Assembly: GCF_035594765.1 (NCBI RefSeq)
Contig: NC_085845.1
Span: 30,064,024 to 30,128,023 of the forward strand
DNA: 64,000 bases
Direction of reading: 5' to 3'
From: Anolis carolinensis
Taxonomy: Eukaryota
Below the pieces are notes generated by a model. The model did not search any database and had not been told where the DNA came from. It saw only the letters and a program-made list of their open reading frames with translations. Of this stretch, positions 1 through 12,712 are shown piece after piece. The position numbers and the translations under genes are program-made. Each line of letters opens with the position of its first letter. Position 1 is the first letter of the stretch.

Positions 1-1469
1 CACCTGGTCAACAGTGAAAGATGATGATAGAAGGTTATTACTAGATGTAATTAATAGGTACCATGATTCTGTTCTAAGCTATTATACTGTAGCTTCCTAG
101 ACCTTCCTCAAAGACCTTAAATTGTATTATAGGAAGATGGGTTACTTTTTATGGAAAATATAATTTTCTTCCATTCATAGCTTGAAAAGTGACTTCTACG
201 AATAATCAGTAGAATGACATAACTCAAGGATGACATGATAGTGCTCTGAAATTTGGTGCTCAACATATATATTCTTCTTAAAAGTAGTTATCAAATCTCA
301 ATTTAAATCAACTTAATGTACCAAAGCTAGCCACTTTTGTTGAGAAGGGATCTTGTTTGCATAAAGCAGAACCATAAATGTACTTTTAGGTTTACAACAT
401 CCATTGGAATTCCTCAAATGTCTTGCATTGTATCAAACATCTTGGGAAGTTTCTGAATGACAAAATTGTTTCTATAGATACATATTGACTTCTCAAGTAA
501 CAAAGCTATTCACAGCTCTTTGCTGTTTAATTAAATATGATTTCAGAGTATAGAGTCCATCATTGCCTTTTGTGAAAATCATGTCATTAAGAAAGATGGA
601 GTGCGTGTGTGAGAGATAAAGTTCTGAACATCAAACCATACCCTTGAAGGGAGTATACAGCTGTAGGTTTGGTGCTTTGCTTCAACCCCTCTAAAAAAAT
701 TAATGGATCTACACTAAAGGTAAAAAATATTATTTCTTACCTAGATAAAAAAGTGCATCACATTTGAAGCAGGGAAATTTCCCCCTCCCTTCCAAACTTT
801 CCACACATCTTTGGACTGACTGAGTGGGAGTATTTACTGTAAACAAACTTAGCAGATCTCTGGAGGCTAATAGGGTTGTTGATTAGTTTTTGTTCGGCAC
901 AGCAGGATCTGGTGTGTGATATCTGGGCTTCTGTGTATGGATGAGTGTGGGCTGCTGCTGGGAGGTATTGTGTTTGAGAGCTGGAAGAAGCTTGTTAACT
1001 CCTTGCGGCTGGATGGAATGAAAGACACTTGTTTATTTGGAATTCCTTAAAACCTCCAGGACCACTGTGGAGTCTGTTAAGAGTCTCTCTTCTCTAGCAA
1101 TGTCATTGTGGAAGTGTCTGGTGATGAAAGAACTAACATGATTTATCTGTGCCATAACTTTCAGATGTAGATCTTTGTCTTCAAGGTTTCTTTTCTCCAA
1201 TCCACAAGATAGGACATACCCACCCAGAAATCTTTTTGATGACTATGAAGGTATTCTAATGAAAGTAGATTTGCTACCAGCTTACTTAAAAATGGAAGGA
1301 GAGGCTTTGATTTTTTATTGTAAAGGAATAACAGTGATAAAGAAAATCTTCCAAGTAATGAATCAGGCGCACACTTGTCCAGAGGGATAGGCAGGCAGCT
1401 GTATGTCCTAGTTGTTATTATGCAGTATTATATCAGTTCAATTCAAAAGACAGTAAAAGAAATAGGAAA

Positions 1470-1632
1470 CCCAACAAATTTCATAGGGTTTTCATATGCA
1501 AGAAATCCGCAGAATTGGCTTTTCTTATACCACATAATATTTGTTGGTGATCTCCCATCCAAGTACTAACCAGAGCTGAGCTTGTAACTTCCAAGAATGG
1601 GCTAGATCTGATGCTTTTAGAAAATTTAGGCT
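1470..1632 (-). mobile_element. 5S rRNA-derived SINE fragment (5S-Sauria-like)
   Basis: 1545-1632 (tctcccatccaagtactaaccag...) is the reverse complement of a degenerate 5S rRNA head, followed by a Sauria/BovB-like tail. Boundaries approximate. Confidence 0.6.
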
Positions 1633-1718
1633 AGTAGTTTGGGCTAGATCCAATTTTTCTATGTATGTGTTGGTCACGTTTCTATCCTACCATAAATTTG
1701 TTCAGCTCAAGGCATACA

Positions 1719-2328
1719 ATCAGATTTCCACAGTGTTCACTCTTGTGGATTTGATTATTCACAAATTTTATTAATGTGTTCTTTAGAAATCTGTTTGTCT
1801 TCCAGCATGATTCTATGGTCAATTCTACCAGAAGCTAACCATAGAGTTACTCTGCAAGACATAGAAATTCTTAGAGAGGACACTTCTCTAAGTATTTGTA
1901 GGTCTCCAGTGCAATTCTATGCTCAGCTTCTAGTGGTAGTTCACCATAAAGTTGTGCTGAAGGACCTAGTGATTCCTGGAGAAATGTTCTGTTGGATAAA
2001 AATAATGTTTTTTAATTCTTTTTTTCCCCCATTTTTGTGATGGTCCTGTGGTCCTAATCCCTGAGAATATGGAGGGCTGATTGAATACAGCAAGACACCC
2101 CTCCTTATCTATGAATTCAATATCCACAGTTTTACTTACCCATGCTCCTAAAAATATTGTAGTCTGGAAGTGTTTGCAGGCTGCCCTAGATCCTTAGCAT
2201 AATTCTTTTGGCATGCTTCCAGTTCAAGTATAATAAAAATACGTTTTGCTAGTATCTATGGTTTCAGGTACCCATGTTGGAATGTGTGTGTCTCACAACA
2301 TACCCCCTTCAGATATGTGGATTGTATT
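1719..2328. mobile_element. Two adjacent degenerate Tc1/pogo (Tigger-like) MITEs
   Basis: TA-flanked CA...TG ends (tacaatcag...ctgattgaata; tacagcaag...gattgta) with internal hairpin repeats. Old and diverged. Confidence 0.45.
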
Positions 2329-4342
2329 TCATATGTCACCTCTACCCTTTTATCTACTCAATAACCTACTGAATGTGATAGAAGGTCATCCATGAGTTCC
2401 ATGGCTCTGTATGAACTATAATCTCGACCTTGCAAGTTCCTTTCCAACTCCTGCTATTACACAATCCTTCTTCTTTTTATAAATATATCTGAATTACACA
2501 TTCTGTTATAGAAAGAAAACATTTGATCAAAATATTTTTAAAGCAAATGGAACCATTTATTCCAGTATTAATTTTCTTTTCTTCGTAATAAGTTCATTTT
2601 GAGCAAGATTTTAATCAATTGATTTAATTGTTTACATGACAAATGGCAAAGTTGGAGAAGTATGAGTTATAGATCTGATTTAAAGCAATCCATTACAATC
2701 TTACTTTGGAGGTATACCCTCAGACTATCCCATTTTAATGAAGACTAGTTGACCTTGTTGATGTAAACCAAATGTTGTCTGCAAGTCAGTTCATTCAGGC
2801 AAAAGTTTGTGACCCTTAAACACCACATTAACATGTCTAATTGTAACTGACAGGGCAATTTCCTGGTGGACATTGTTTGAGACAAGCCAAGCCTATAAGC
2901 TACCAGCAATCTGAGACCTTTGACTATCATATTAACACATCTGATTCTAACTGACATAACACCTAGGTAAAAACTATACAAACACAGAGGTGAGCATTTG
3001 TGTTTGTGGCTTTATAAAAGACCAAAATGATTGTTTATTATTGAATTAGCATTTACTCCCTAATAGCTAATAATTCAAAATTATTTGATATTAGGTCTAT
3101 AAAATATCAACCAAATGATGTGTTTTGCTATAGATTAACCATTTAAGACCAATTTAGAACAAGCAGCTTAAAGCAAACTTTCTTATGAGGTATTTTCATC
3201 TGTTTTTCTTAAGTGTTTAAAAATTGCAATTGCTGTTTTGCTTTTAATAATTTGAAATGACCGTCAAATGTGATTTTTTTTTCCTCAGTTACCCTATCAA
3301 TGCATTTATGCAATCACAATCAATGAAGTAAAATGTGCTCAGAAAAATGGAATGCTTTTTTTCAAATTAACTCTAAAATGTTTCCAACATTTCGCATAAA
3401 TGTCCATTCTGTGTATTCCATGTAAACCATAATAATAAATCCCTCATAAAAATTTCATGATCTCTACATCATGATAATGTTCATACATTACAACTTTAAT
3501 ATGATTAATTGTTTCATATTTTAATGCCTGTATTTTTAAAGCCATTCTTGAGTCCGTATGTGGGGAAAGGGGGCATGGAACTGAGACAAACAAATAAATA
3601 CGTTTTAATGAAGTTATTTTAATGTTTGCTTTATGTTGTGATAGCTGCTTAGTATGGGTCCTTATTAAATTTGTGAAGGTAATCCCAGGTGATTTGTAAA
3701 GTAAACCACAACATGGCTCCTTCAATATGGCTTCTAGTTTAGCTCCAACTTCTAGGAGGCCACATAAGTTTTGGAAAGAAGCAGTATTGATTTTTTCCAT
3801 GTCTTCCATCACAGAAAGAACTCTGGAAAAATAGTTCCTAGACAGATGGGTGGGGAAAGTCTAATAGAGAATCATCATAGTGTTATACGTAAATTGTCTT
3901 TTCCAGACATTTATACAGATACATTTTTTCCGATGTGCTGGATTATTTCTGAAGAAATCACAGTATGGCTATACTCTTAAGTAATTTGGTCCTGTGCAAG
4001 GGAAAAGACGTGATATAAAGTGAATGAATGAATTGGTCAAAAAAAGGAATGGTTACACCAGGATCTGATGAATAGATGAGATCGAGAAGCATGGCAGTTG
4101 AATTTTGGATGGTGCAGGCCAGAAAGTCTCCAGCACTGGAAACTCTATATGACCCTTGAGCTGGTATAAATAATCTTCCTGCTAGAATGGGGAGGAGAGA
4201 GAAAAAGAACTATGCATGACAGGGAAAGGAATGTACATACTGGTGGAAGTCAGCAGATTTTGAATTTGATGGTGGATGAAATGCTATTTTGCACACTCAC
4301 TTATAAACACACTTAGACTTGCATTTAAATCTACAAAACAGA

Positions 4343-4493
4343 GGACCCTTCCATACAGCCATATAACCCAGAATATCAAGGCAAAAAATTCCCACAATAT
4401 CTGCTTTGAACTGTGTTATCTGAGTCCACACTGCCATATATTCCAGTTCAAAGCAGATAATGTGGGATTTTATTCAGCTGTGTGGAAAGGGCC
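4343..4493. mobile_element. PIF/Harbinger-type MITE
   Basis: TIR ggacccttccatacagc / gctgtgtggaaagggcc with 3-bp flanks AGA/AGA. Related copy at 42198. Confidence 0.7.
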
Positions 4494-6099
4494 AGATCCA
4501 GATTAAAATACAAAGCATCATAACATGCACATTATATGCTTTCAAGGATGCCACTAAATATGATTCAACGGGTACATTGAAAAACTATGCTTAAAAAGTT
4601 ATATTTAACACAACAGAGAAATGAAAATATTAAAGAATCAATCTCACATAATTTCAACCCGCAACAAATTATTTTTCACTAGAGTCCCGTTGGCAGAGTT
4701 AATCGTGAGTATCATAAAGATGTAAGTCAGTCATGCTGTAGAACATGAATAAGATTGTATTTGAACTGTCACCCATTTGTTTGATTATTTGATTAATTGT
4801 TTTTCTTGTAATTTCCAATATGTTTCTATTTCATTTAGAATGAGAGCTCCCCTATGGCTAATGCAAACCCAGTAAACCCTTTGGTTGTAACCAAACATTG
4901 AGTAAGCTTACTAGATAAGATATCCACTTAAATTCATGGGAGGGGATGACATATTCTTCCACAGAAATTTACTCACACAAGTAGTTCCAATTATTTCAAT
5001 ATAGCACAAAAAGATTCAACATAATGATGTGAGAGAAAATAGAGCACCAGCACAGATCTTGGAAAAGGTACTTTTTTTAGTCTACAATGCCCTCCATCCT
5101 TCAGCCAACTGTTATATAAAATACAGCTATTCAGTTGCAACTAGAAAAATAATCTGTATGTGTTTTCTTATCCTCAATAAAAATAGTATCTTGGCACATT
5201 AAGATATTGATCTTAAAAAATTATTGATCTTTTCTTCAATATGAAGAGAAAAAACAACACTCTGCTTCCATTTTCCTATAAGGTCTTTTTGACATATTTT
5301 GTCTAAAAATATTTTTTGCGCAAAAGCTTTTACACAAAATACATTGCACTAACATTTGAAGATTTGCACAAAATGGTCATTAGCTTTTGCATAAACAAAA
5401 TTTTGACAAAAATCCTGAAATGCATCTGTATGTATGCATGTGTATAATAATTTAATAATGACTAAATTTAATAATTAGTTTATAATTTATGTATAACTTT
5501 ATAATAAATATTTCTCTTCATTTATATCAAATTTTCAAGGCTTTGTTGGCTTTTTTCTTCCTATATTTACATGTTTTCTGTCTTGACATTCACCTCATCA
5601 GCACAGGATAAAGGATCACCCCCTTCTTCTCCCTGGCTGCTTGGCCATCTTTGGATTTCCTATGTAATCAACTTCACAGTGAAACTACTTTCTTCAATAT
5701 TGTTTTGAAACTGAATTAAATGGTTGGTTTAGATGGAGTTATCAGTTAACAGTTGAACTCTATCCATTCAGTATCACGTACATTTTAGGCTACTTTTAAA
5801 CACTGGCCATGCATACCAACCCGCAACTTACACTGTATTAATAAAATTTACATATACAGCAGAGGTGGGAAATTCTTGTAGGCTAAGGACAGCATTAGCT
5901 CTCCAGGAGAATATGACATCATTTGGGGAGGGGATAATTTTTAATCCCAAATGCTCTTTAGGGGGTATGAATAGCATTTTGTCATCTTGTTGCTCATTTT
6001 ATGCCATTTTTGCCCCAGGAGGGTGTTTATTTCCTTGTTTTTTGTGGGGGTTTTTGTACAAAAAAGAACATTTTTTTTCAATATTTTAGAATAACAAAC

Positions 6100-6666
6100 T
6101 GTTGTAACCCTCCACAGCATCTCTCAGTATAAACAGCTACTCACTATACCTGTAATTAGTAAGTCCAGGATCCAAACCAAAGTAGATTCAAACAACAAAC
6201 TATGCAGGGATAATCCAAAAATCGTATTCAATCGTCCATTCCAAAGGTCCTCACCAAAACATCCAAAACTATACATAATCCAAAGTCCAAAGCCAAGGTC
6301 AGGCACACAAAGTCATCCAACAGAGCTCCAAGCTGTAACATTGCTCCCAGCAAAGACCAAATCCAAGCCACCACTCTTTATGGTCCATAGCACAAATGCT
6401 CTTACCTGTTGGCCCTTCTCTGTGCCAACTGGGCAGATCTATGCAGCTGAATAGCATGAGTACTCAGTTCTGGGATATCTACCTCTGCCTCATTGCTCTC
6501 CTGATCCTGAGTTAACTCAGGATTCCCACTTGCCTGAGGCACTTGGTCCTGCACTGCAGGGGTAGCTTCCTCAGTGTCAGGCATCAGCGGTTGTTGTCTG
6601 CTTTCTACTGACTCAGATGGTGGGCCTGGCAACCCTTCATCTTCATCTGTTTTGTAGTCCCTGACA
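6100..6666 (-). mobile_element. Solo LTR A (LTR retrotransposon, Ty3/Gypsy or BEL-like), 567 bp
   Basis: Minus strand TGTCAGG...TTACAACA; 5-bp TSD CAAAC at 6095-6099 and 6667-6671; acidic open frame from LTR base 2. Confidence 0.8.
6402..6665 (-). CDS. LTR A U3 open frame, 87 aa, acidic, ends HRSAQLAQRRANR (probable Pol tail remnant; no in-LTR start at the 5' end)
   Basis: Part of ORF-track 6402..6725; frame begins T|GTC at the LTR 5' end. Confidence 0.5.
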   Translation of the reverse strand, partial: VRDYKTDEDEGLPGPPSESVESRQQPLMPDTEEATPAVQDQVPQASGNPELTQDQESNEAEVDIPELSTHAIQLHRSAQLAQRRANR

Positions 6667-9600
6667 CAAACACAGAAAGCCCTGTTCAAATCAAATTCAT
6701 CATTTAAGATTTTCAAATAATACATTCATCATCCAAAGTTGTATGGAAATGGACATGTTTTTGCCTAGCACTGGGAGGCTATCATAGAGAGGATTAGATG
6801 GGCCACTTTGGTGAGGGAGTTAGAGAGGCTTGGTGGAACTACTAAGCAAGCTATACCATACTAGGCTAGGTTAAATTGGATCTACAGCTTGTTGATAATT
6901 ACTTCCTGATTGTCTACCCTGCATGTCATGAATTTTGTCTTTCTCTTATGGCTGTTTTGAAAACCTGGCAATGCCAGGTAAGCTAGAAATAATCTAGAAG
7001 CCACTAGAGCGACTGCAGGTCCAGTTGTCACCCTGACCACAAGGTCCTGTGATATCTACAATTTCCAAACCTTTCCCTCCTAGAACACATTACAATAAAC
7101 CATTCAGAATGTAATTGAAGGCATGGGTTGCTGTTAAATGGCCAGATGTGATATTCCACAACCACATAGACATCTGACTAAAAAGCATGTCCAGGAATAC
7201 AACTGGTAAGTCTTCCTTGAATTATCAAGGGAATCCTGTCCTCTAAGAAAGGTTGGGCTGCTATTCCCTCATCAGCTATTCTACTAGATGGCAGTTCTTG
7301 ACAGCTATCCTTTATTTTGTCTGGTTTAAGCTTCAATATGTTTAGAAACATCCAATCTACAGATTGTACTAACTATTTCTTTATTGTATCTCTAAATTAT
7401 GATGGCAAAAGAACCCCTTTCCATGCTTTTATGGAGATGATAAATAGCACATGGCAGGGGAAAAGAGGAGACCTGTCGAACTAAATAGAAGCCAGCACCC
7501 AATGTGTCATATATATACATCTCCTGCTTTCTCTTCTAGAATTCTTTCTCCAGAAAGCAACAGAACCTCCACAAAACTTTCTCTAAGTTTAATTGGAGCT
7601 GTTTGGTGTAATTTGTTAATGGAATCAATATCAAGGCCATTGTATGACACAAGGCTACTTTTGGCAGCGCTCCATACAGGACGCATCCTGGCAGTGTCCT
7701 AAGATTTTACCCAGAGAATATGAGATACTTTCCATGTTTTCATTAGATAGAACAGAGACAGCTTGGGGGGAAGCTGAGCGGCGGTGCTTTCCCCCATGAG
7801 ATGGGGAAAGTAGCACCGCGGGTGATGTAGGGTGTGGGGTGACTGTTTCCCCCACTCCCCACAGATTCAGCATGCTGCCTAGAGGATTCTCCCGGTGTCG
7901 TCCGGCTTCAGGACCTCAGTGTGATGAGATCCTAGGACTGGCTTTTGGAATAAGCTTGTCACCTGGACTTTATGCTTTAGCAAGACAGCTTGACTTGCTC
8001 ATGTACAATTTCAAAGCTGAATACTATAGAAACAAAATTAAATAATATAACAGACACATTGGTGGCAGTTCAATATTTGGGATGTATAAGTATGTCAGAT
8101 TAATGTCAGAAATCTTCTATGGATATTATTCTGCTATCTTGATTGAATGACCAACAATCAAATGTAGATTATATAAGACAATCAACACAATAAGGTATTA
8201 TGACATTTCCATCACAGCAGAGTGTAACAGAAAGCAAGCATTTTCAGCAGTTAGGCTCTAGTGCACAATGATGGAAGTACGCCTGCCACTTCAAACTATG
8301 CCAGCACATATATTTTTTTCGGGAATTTCCATCCCTAACACATCATCTTGTTTCTTGAACCTACAAACACTTAGAGGTCACATATTTCTAGATTTTGATG
8401 GAGTGAGCATTTTTAATTCTTTCTGCTTTATTTTTTCTCACTCAGAAATTTTACACTGACTGTTCTTTTGAAGGGCAAGATTTTCTTGCCAGGTGGGTAT
8501 TCCCAAATTCTCACAACTTTGCTCATATGGTCTTTTATCCGAATGTCTCTGAACAGTGAGAACTCATAACTCATATGAATGGGAAACAGTTGGGGGCTTG
8601 CCACACTTCATCCCACTTGATTGTTGACATTGTTAGCAGCTGCTACTGTCAATCTATCTTTCACCAACTGGGAGCATATAAAAATGTTACATGTATAGCA
8701 TTAGTTCCTCTTCTCTCTCCCTATTTTGAAACTAAGAGAATAAGAATTACCTCTTGAAATTGTAAAGTTTTCCATTCATGTTCTCTGTAAGCCAACAAAG
8801 GCTAACAGATGTATCATCTGAGTATTCAAAATGTCACATCACAATAGCGGAAAAGGTCAAAAACAAGGAAATACATATAGGAAATAGGCTCTATTAGATA
8901 TGACTTCCTTTTCTATTGAGTACTTTGAGACTTTTGACTTCTCAACTCCTTGTCATGTGAGTTGTCTTTTAGCTTGTAGGGAAGTGAGAGCTTGGAAAGT
9001 TGGATCATAACTCTCAGAATCCCCAGAAAGTGACTTTTCCGAACTTTGATGGTATCTCAACTCCTAAGACTGGTTCTGTGTAGGGTAATAACTCAGTCAT
9101 AGCAGCTGAATCATTGCTGGTGGAAGACAGAAAGGGGAAGAAATTTAACTTCTAACCGAATGGTGATCAATCAGAAAGGAAGGTAAAGCCATGCTCCTTT
9201 CCAATGTAACTTTCTGAAGAGGAGAAGAGGAAGGATGCATATTTCCTGTAGCTAACGGGAACAGGTTCTTAACTCTCAACTTCAATGAGACCCAACATAA
9301 GGGAAATTATTTCCATTCGTTTTAACAATTTAGAAATGGCCACCATTCTGTTTGAATGGGGAAATATTTACATCACCTGACTTGATGATGCTATATAAGA
9401 GGAGAGGCCAAGACAATATTTGGGTGGGTGTCTGAGAAGGGCAAAACACATCTAGTTGGTAAGGCAGGTTTTTTTTAAAAAAAAAACTATAGGAAAAAAA
9501 AGGAACTTAACAGAACTCAACTGAAAAAGAGTATTTGTTCCTTTCAGTCCAGCTAGCTCACAGTGAAAACTCAATCATTATGGATTGGTCTTCTGTGCCA

Positions 9601-11230
9601 TCCAAAGAATCTGTACTTTACTGGACTGCAAACTTTAACTCGACTTAGCACATATAGGCACAGAGAAATTAAGGATTATTCTTCCTACTGGGGGGAAAAA
9701 GAACAATATGTTATCCAACACTGTGGATAGAATCTTATAGCTGAAATTTGGACACTAGTAAATGCTCTAATTCTAGCATATTTTCCTACTGGGATGTCCC
9801 TTCCATTCTCACTCTGAGTGGTTTGTAGAAATCTCACAAGTAGAATCCCCAAACATTTAATAGAGATGGAGCTGACCCAAGACATTTTGCCATCTAAGGT
9901 AAAGAAGAAGCTGGCATCTTTTCTCTAGACTGACTAGACTGACAAACTGAATCTTTCTTCAAGCCTGGTAACCGGACAGCATTTTTCACTGAACCTGAAA
10001 ACTAGCCAAAGCAGGTTGAAGGCCAGGTCACATGGTACATAATCTCCATCCTCAAATACAATGATGCTGCCTCTCATCATCTGCTTCCTGAGGCATTCTC
10101 CTTATTCAGCCTAATGGCATCATTGGCAAATAGATAACAAAGTATTTTCAGAAAAGTAGAATCTCACACTATGCTATATGCTATCATAAAACACGTCTTG
10201 TTTGTTCTTTATTTACACATGCTTCCTTTCTCCTCCTCAGAAAGTTACATGGGAAAGAAGAATGGCTTTATCTTCCTTTCTAATGGATTGCCATTACATT
10301 GAAAGTTAAATGTCTTCCTCTTTCTTCCTATCATCAGCAATGATTCAGCTTTTGGGACAACTTTTCTTTTTCCTTCCTCCTATACCTTCTTTTCATCTCA
10401 TGACGGTAATCCATGGTTGCAACCCCACTCCCTTTCTATTTGTACTGAAAATACTATAGGCATTTCAGAAGCCCCAGGTCTGTTGGAATGCCTTACAGAA
10501 TAACAATTACCAACCAATTACATTAATTAAGAGACTAGCCCACAGGAAAAAGCCAAGCTTGAAACAATTAGCAGGAAGGGGTTATTTTTTAATAAACAGA
10601 TTCCTTTTAAAAACAACAACAACTAGGTGAAAATGTTTGTTTTCTCTCTGCAGCTGGGTGTCAGATTTTTCATCCTTTCCTAACCTATTTCAGATGTTGG
10701 CAAATGACACATTAGAGCTGCTTCTCTGAACAAAAACTCTTAGCTACAAAGTGAAGAAATATAGAGACCAATTCTTGAGTAACTGAACTATGCCAATTAA
10801 AATGCGATATTCAAAAATGTCAAACAGCTACAGCTGTTGTTGGCATCAATAAAAGGAGTGGATGTTTGACACCTTTGAAACACAGAACACTGCACTTCTT
10901 TATGAAGTTTGATCTGAACTGGGGAAGCAAAAAGAAGAGAAAGACATATTCCTTGGAAGCCAGTAACAAGAAAAGAAGACTATACCTAGATCAAAAAACA
11001 AGCATCAGTCTAAAGCAAGTAGGACACCAAAGATTAATTGGAATATTTACAGTTATTTGATCACTGTAAAGCATAACTTGCAACTTCCATGATCTTTTAT
11101 GTTTCAAGCATTCTGTGTAAATGTCTTACCTATAAAATGGTCAAATAAGATGGAGGGCTGTCAGAATGGCATAGGCAGAATGGCAATTACATAACTCAAA
11201 AAAAACAAAAAACAAAAACACATATGGCTT

Positions 11231-11454
11231 TGTATTGTCAAAAGCTTTCACGGCCAGAATCACTGAGGTATGTTGTGGTTTCCAGGCCATATGGCCATGT
11301 TTTAGCAGAATTTTCTCCTGATGTTTTACTTGCATCTGTGGCTGGCAATTTCGGAGGATCTCTCTGAAGATGCCAGCCACAGATGCAGGTAAAATGTCAG
11401 GAGAAAATGCTGCTAGAACAGGGTCATACAGCCCAGCAACCACACAACACCCCA
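11231..11454. mobile_element. Penelope-like element terminal (pLTR) fragments in inverted arrangement, with degenerate hammerhead core
   Basis: Typical lizard Penelope terminus (ttgtcaaaagctttcacggccagaatcact...); fold-back centred ~11358; CTGAAGA core at 11364-11370. Confidence 0.65.
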
Positions 11455-11504
11455 TGTGTGACTCTTACATTTATATTGGTACAAGGTCTATAAAGCATCT
11501 AAAC

Positions 11505-12712
11505 CAGGGGTCCCCAAACTAAGGCCCGGGGGCCGGATGCGGCCCTCCAGGGTCATTTACCTGGCCCCCACCCTTAGTTTTATAATATACTAGCTGTGCC
11601 CGGCCACGCGTTGCTGTGGCAAAGTATGGTGGTATGGGAAATAAAGTATTGAGGAATTGGTGGTAGTTAAGGTAAATGGTAAAGGTGTGGAGTCCAGATA
11701 ATCCAGTTAAAGCAAGATAATATAAGATTATAAATGGGTGGAAGGGCCTTGAGTCTACACTGCCATATAATCCAGTTAAAATCTGATAATTTGTATTTTC
11801 TAGGCAGTGTGGAAGAGGCCTAAGTGAGGCCTAACTCTGCCTGTCCCCTGGGTGAGTGGGTTGCTAGGAGACCAAGTGGGAGGAGCTTAGCCTTCTAACT
11901 GTCAGCAATTGGATAAAAACAATTATTCCTCTCCCTCTAATTAGGACTTTAATTTTCTTTTCTTTTTGTTGTATCAACCTAGAGGCGTGGATGATGGGTT
12001 TTGTTGTCAATTTTCAAGGTTGTGGGGTGTTTAGTTTTGTTGTTTTGGCGGTCGCCAGGATTCCATCACTCTTTTATATATATAGATTTTTATATCAGTT
12101 TTAATAATATAATATATTGTATATATATATATATAATATTGATAAAAAATTATAATGTTATACAATATAATACTAATAATAATACCACATAATAATATTA
12201 ATATGTTATATATTACATATACAGTAATATTACAGTATAGTGGTATAGTTCAATATAGTAATATATAATGCTAATATTGTGCTATGCTAATAATATAATA
12301 TATTGTATGTACATACAGCTGCTCTGAGTCCCCTTCGGGGTGAGAAGGGTGGGATATAAATGTAGCAAATAAAGGCAGTAAATAAATAAATAAATAATTT
12401 TAGACTTAGGCTCGCCCAAAGTCTGAAATAACTTGAAGGCACGCAACAACAACAATCCTAATTCACTTGACTATCTCATTGGCCAGTAGCAGGCCCACAC
12501 TTTCCATTGAAATCCTGATAGGTTTATGTTGGTTTACATTGTTTTCATTTTTAAATATTGTATTGTTCTTTCATTGTTGTATGCACTACAAATAACACAT
12601 ATGCAGTGTGCATAGGAATTTGTTTGTAATTTTATTCAAATGATAATTTGGCCCCTCAGCAGTCTGAAGTATTGTGGACCGGCCCTCTGCTTTAAAAGTT
12701 TGAGGTCCCCTG
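11505..12712 (+). mobile_element. Non-autonomous hAT (Charlie/OC1-like) transposon containing a nested Helitron
   Basis: TIR caggggtccccaaact / agtttgaggtcccctg; perfect 8-bp TSD ATCTAAAC (11497-11504, 12713-12720). Second copy at 46299. Confidence 0.9.
11590..12086 (-). mobile_element. Non-autonomous Helitron
   Basis: Minus strand 5'-TCTATATATA...GCCACAGCAACGCGTGGC hairpin...CTAG-3'; inserted between A and T with no TSD; absent from the sister hAT copy at 46299-47209. Confidence 0.85.

Noticed and set aside
742-882. Minus-strand frame ending KFPCFKCDALFYL, resembling a zinc finger
   Set aside because: In-frame stop at ~883, no convincing acceptor, and no His ligands.
6666-6725. N-terminal parts of ORFs 6402..6725 and 16706..17182 outside the LTRs
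   Set aside because: They lie in flanking DNA beyond the TSD, so they are fortuitous extensions rather than true starts.
7689-7710. tggcagtgtc resembling miR-34/449
   Set aside because: Only the first ~10 nt match and no precursor hairpin is evident.
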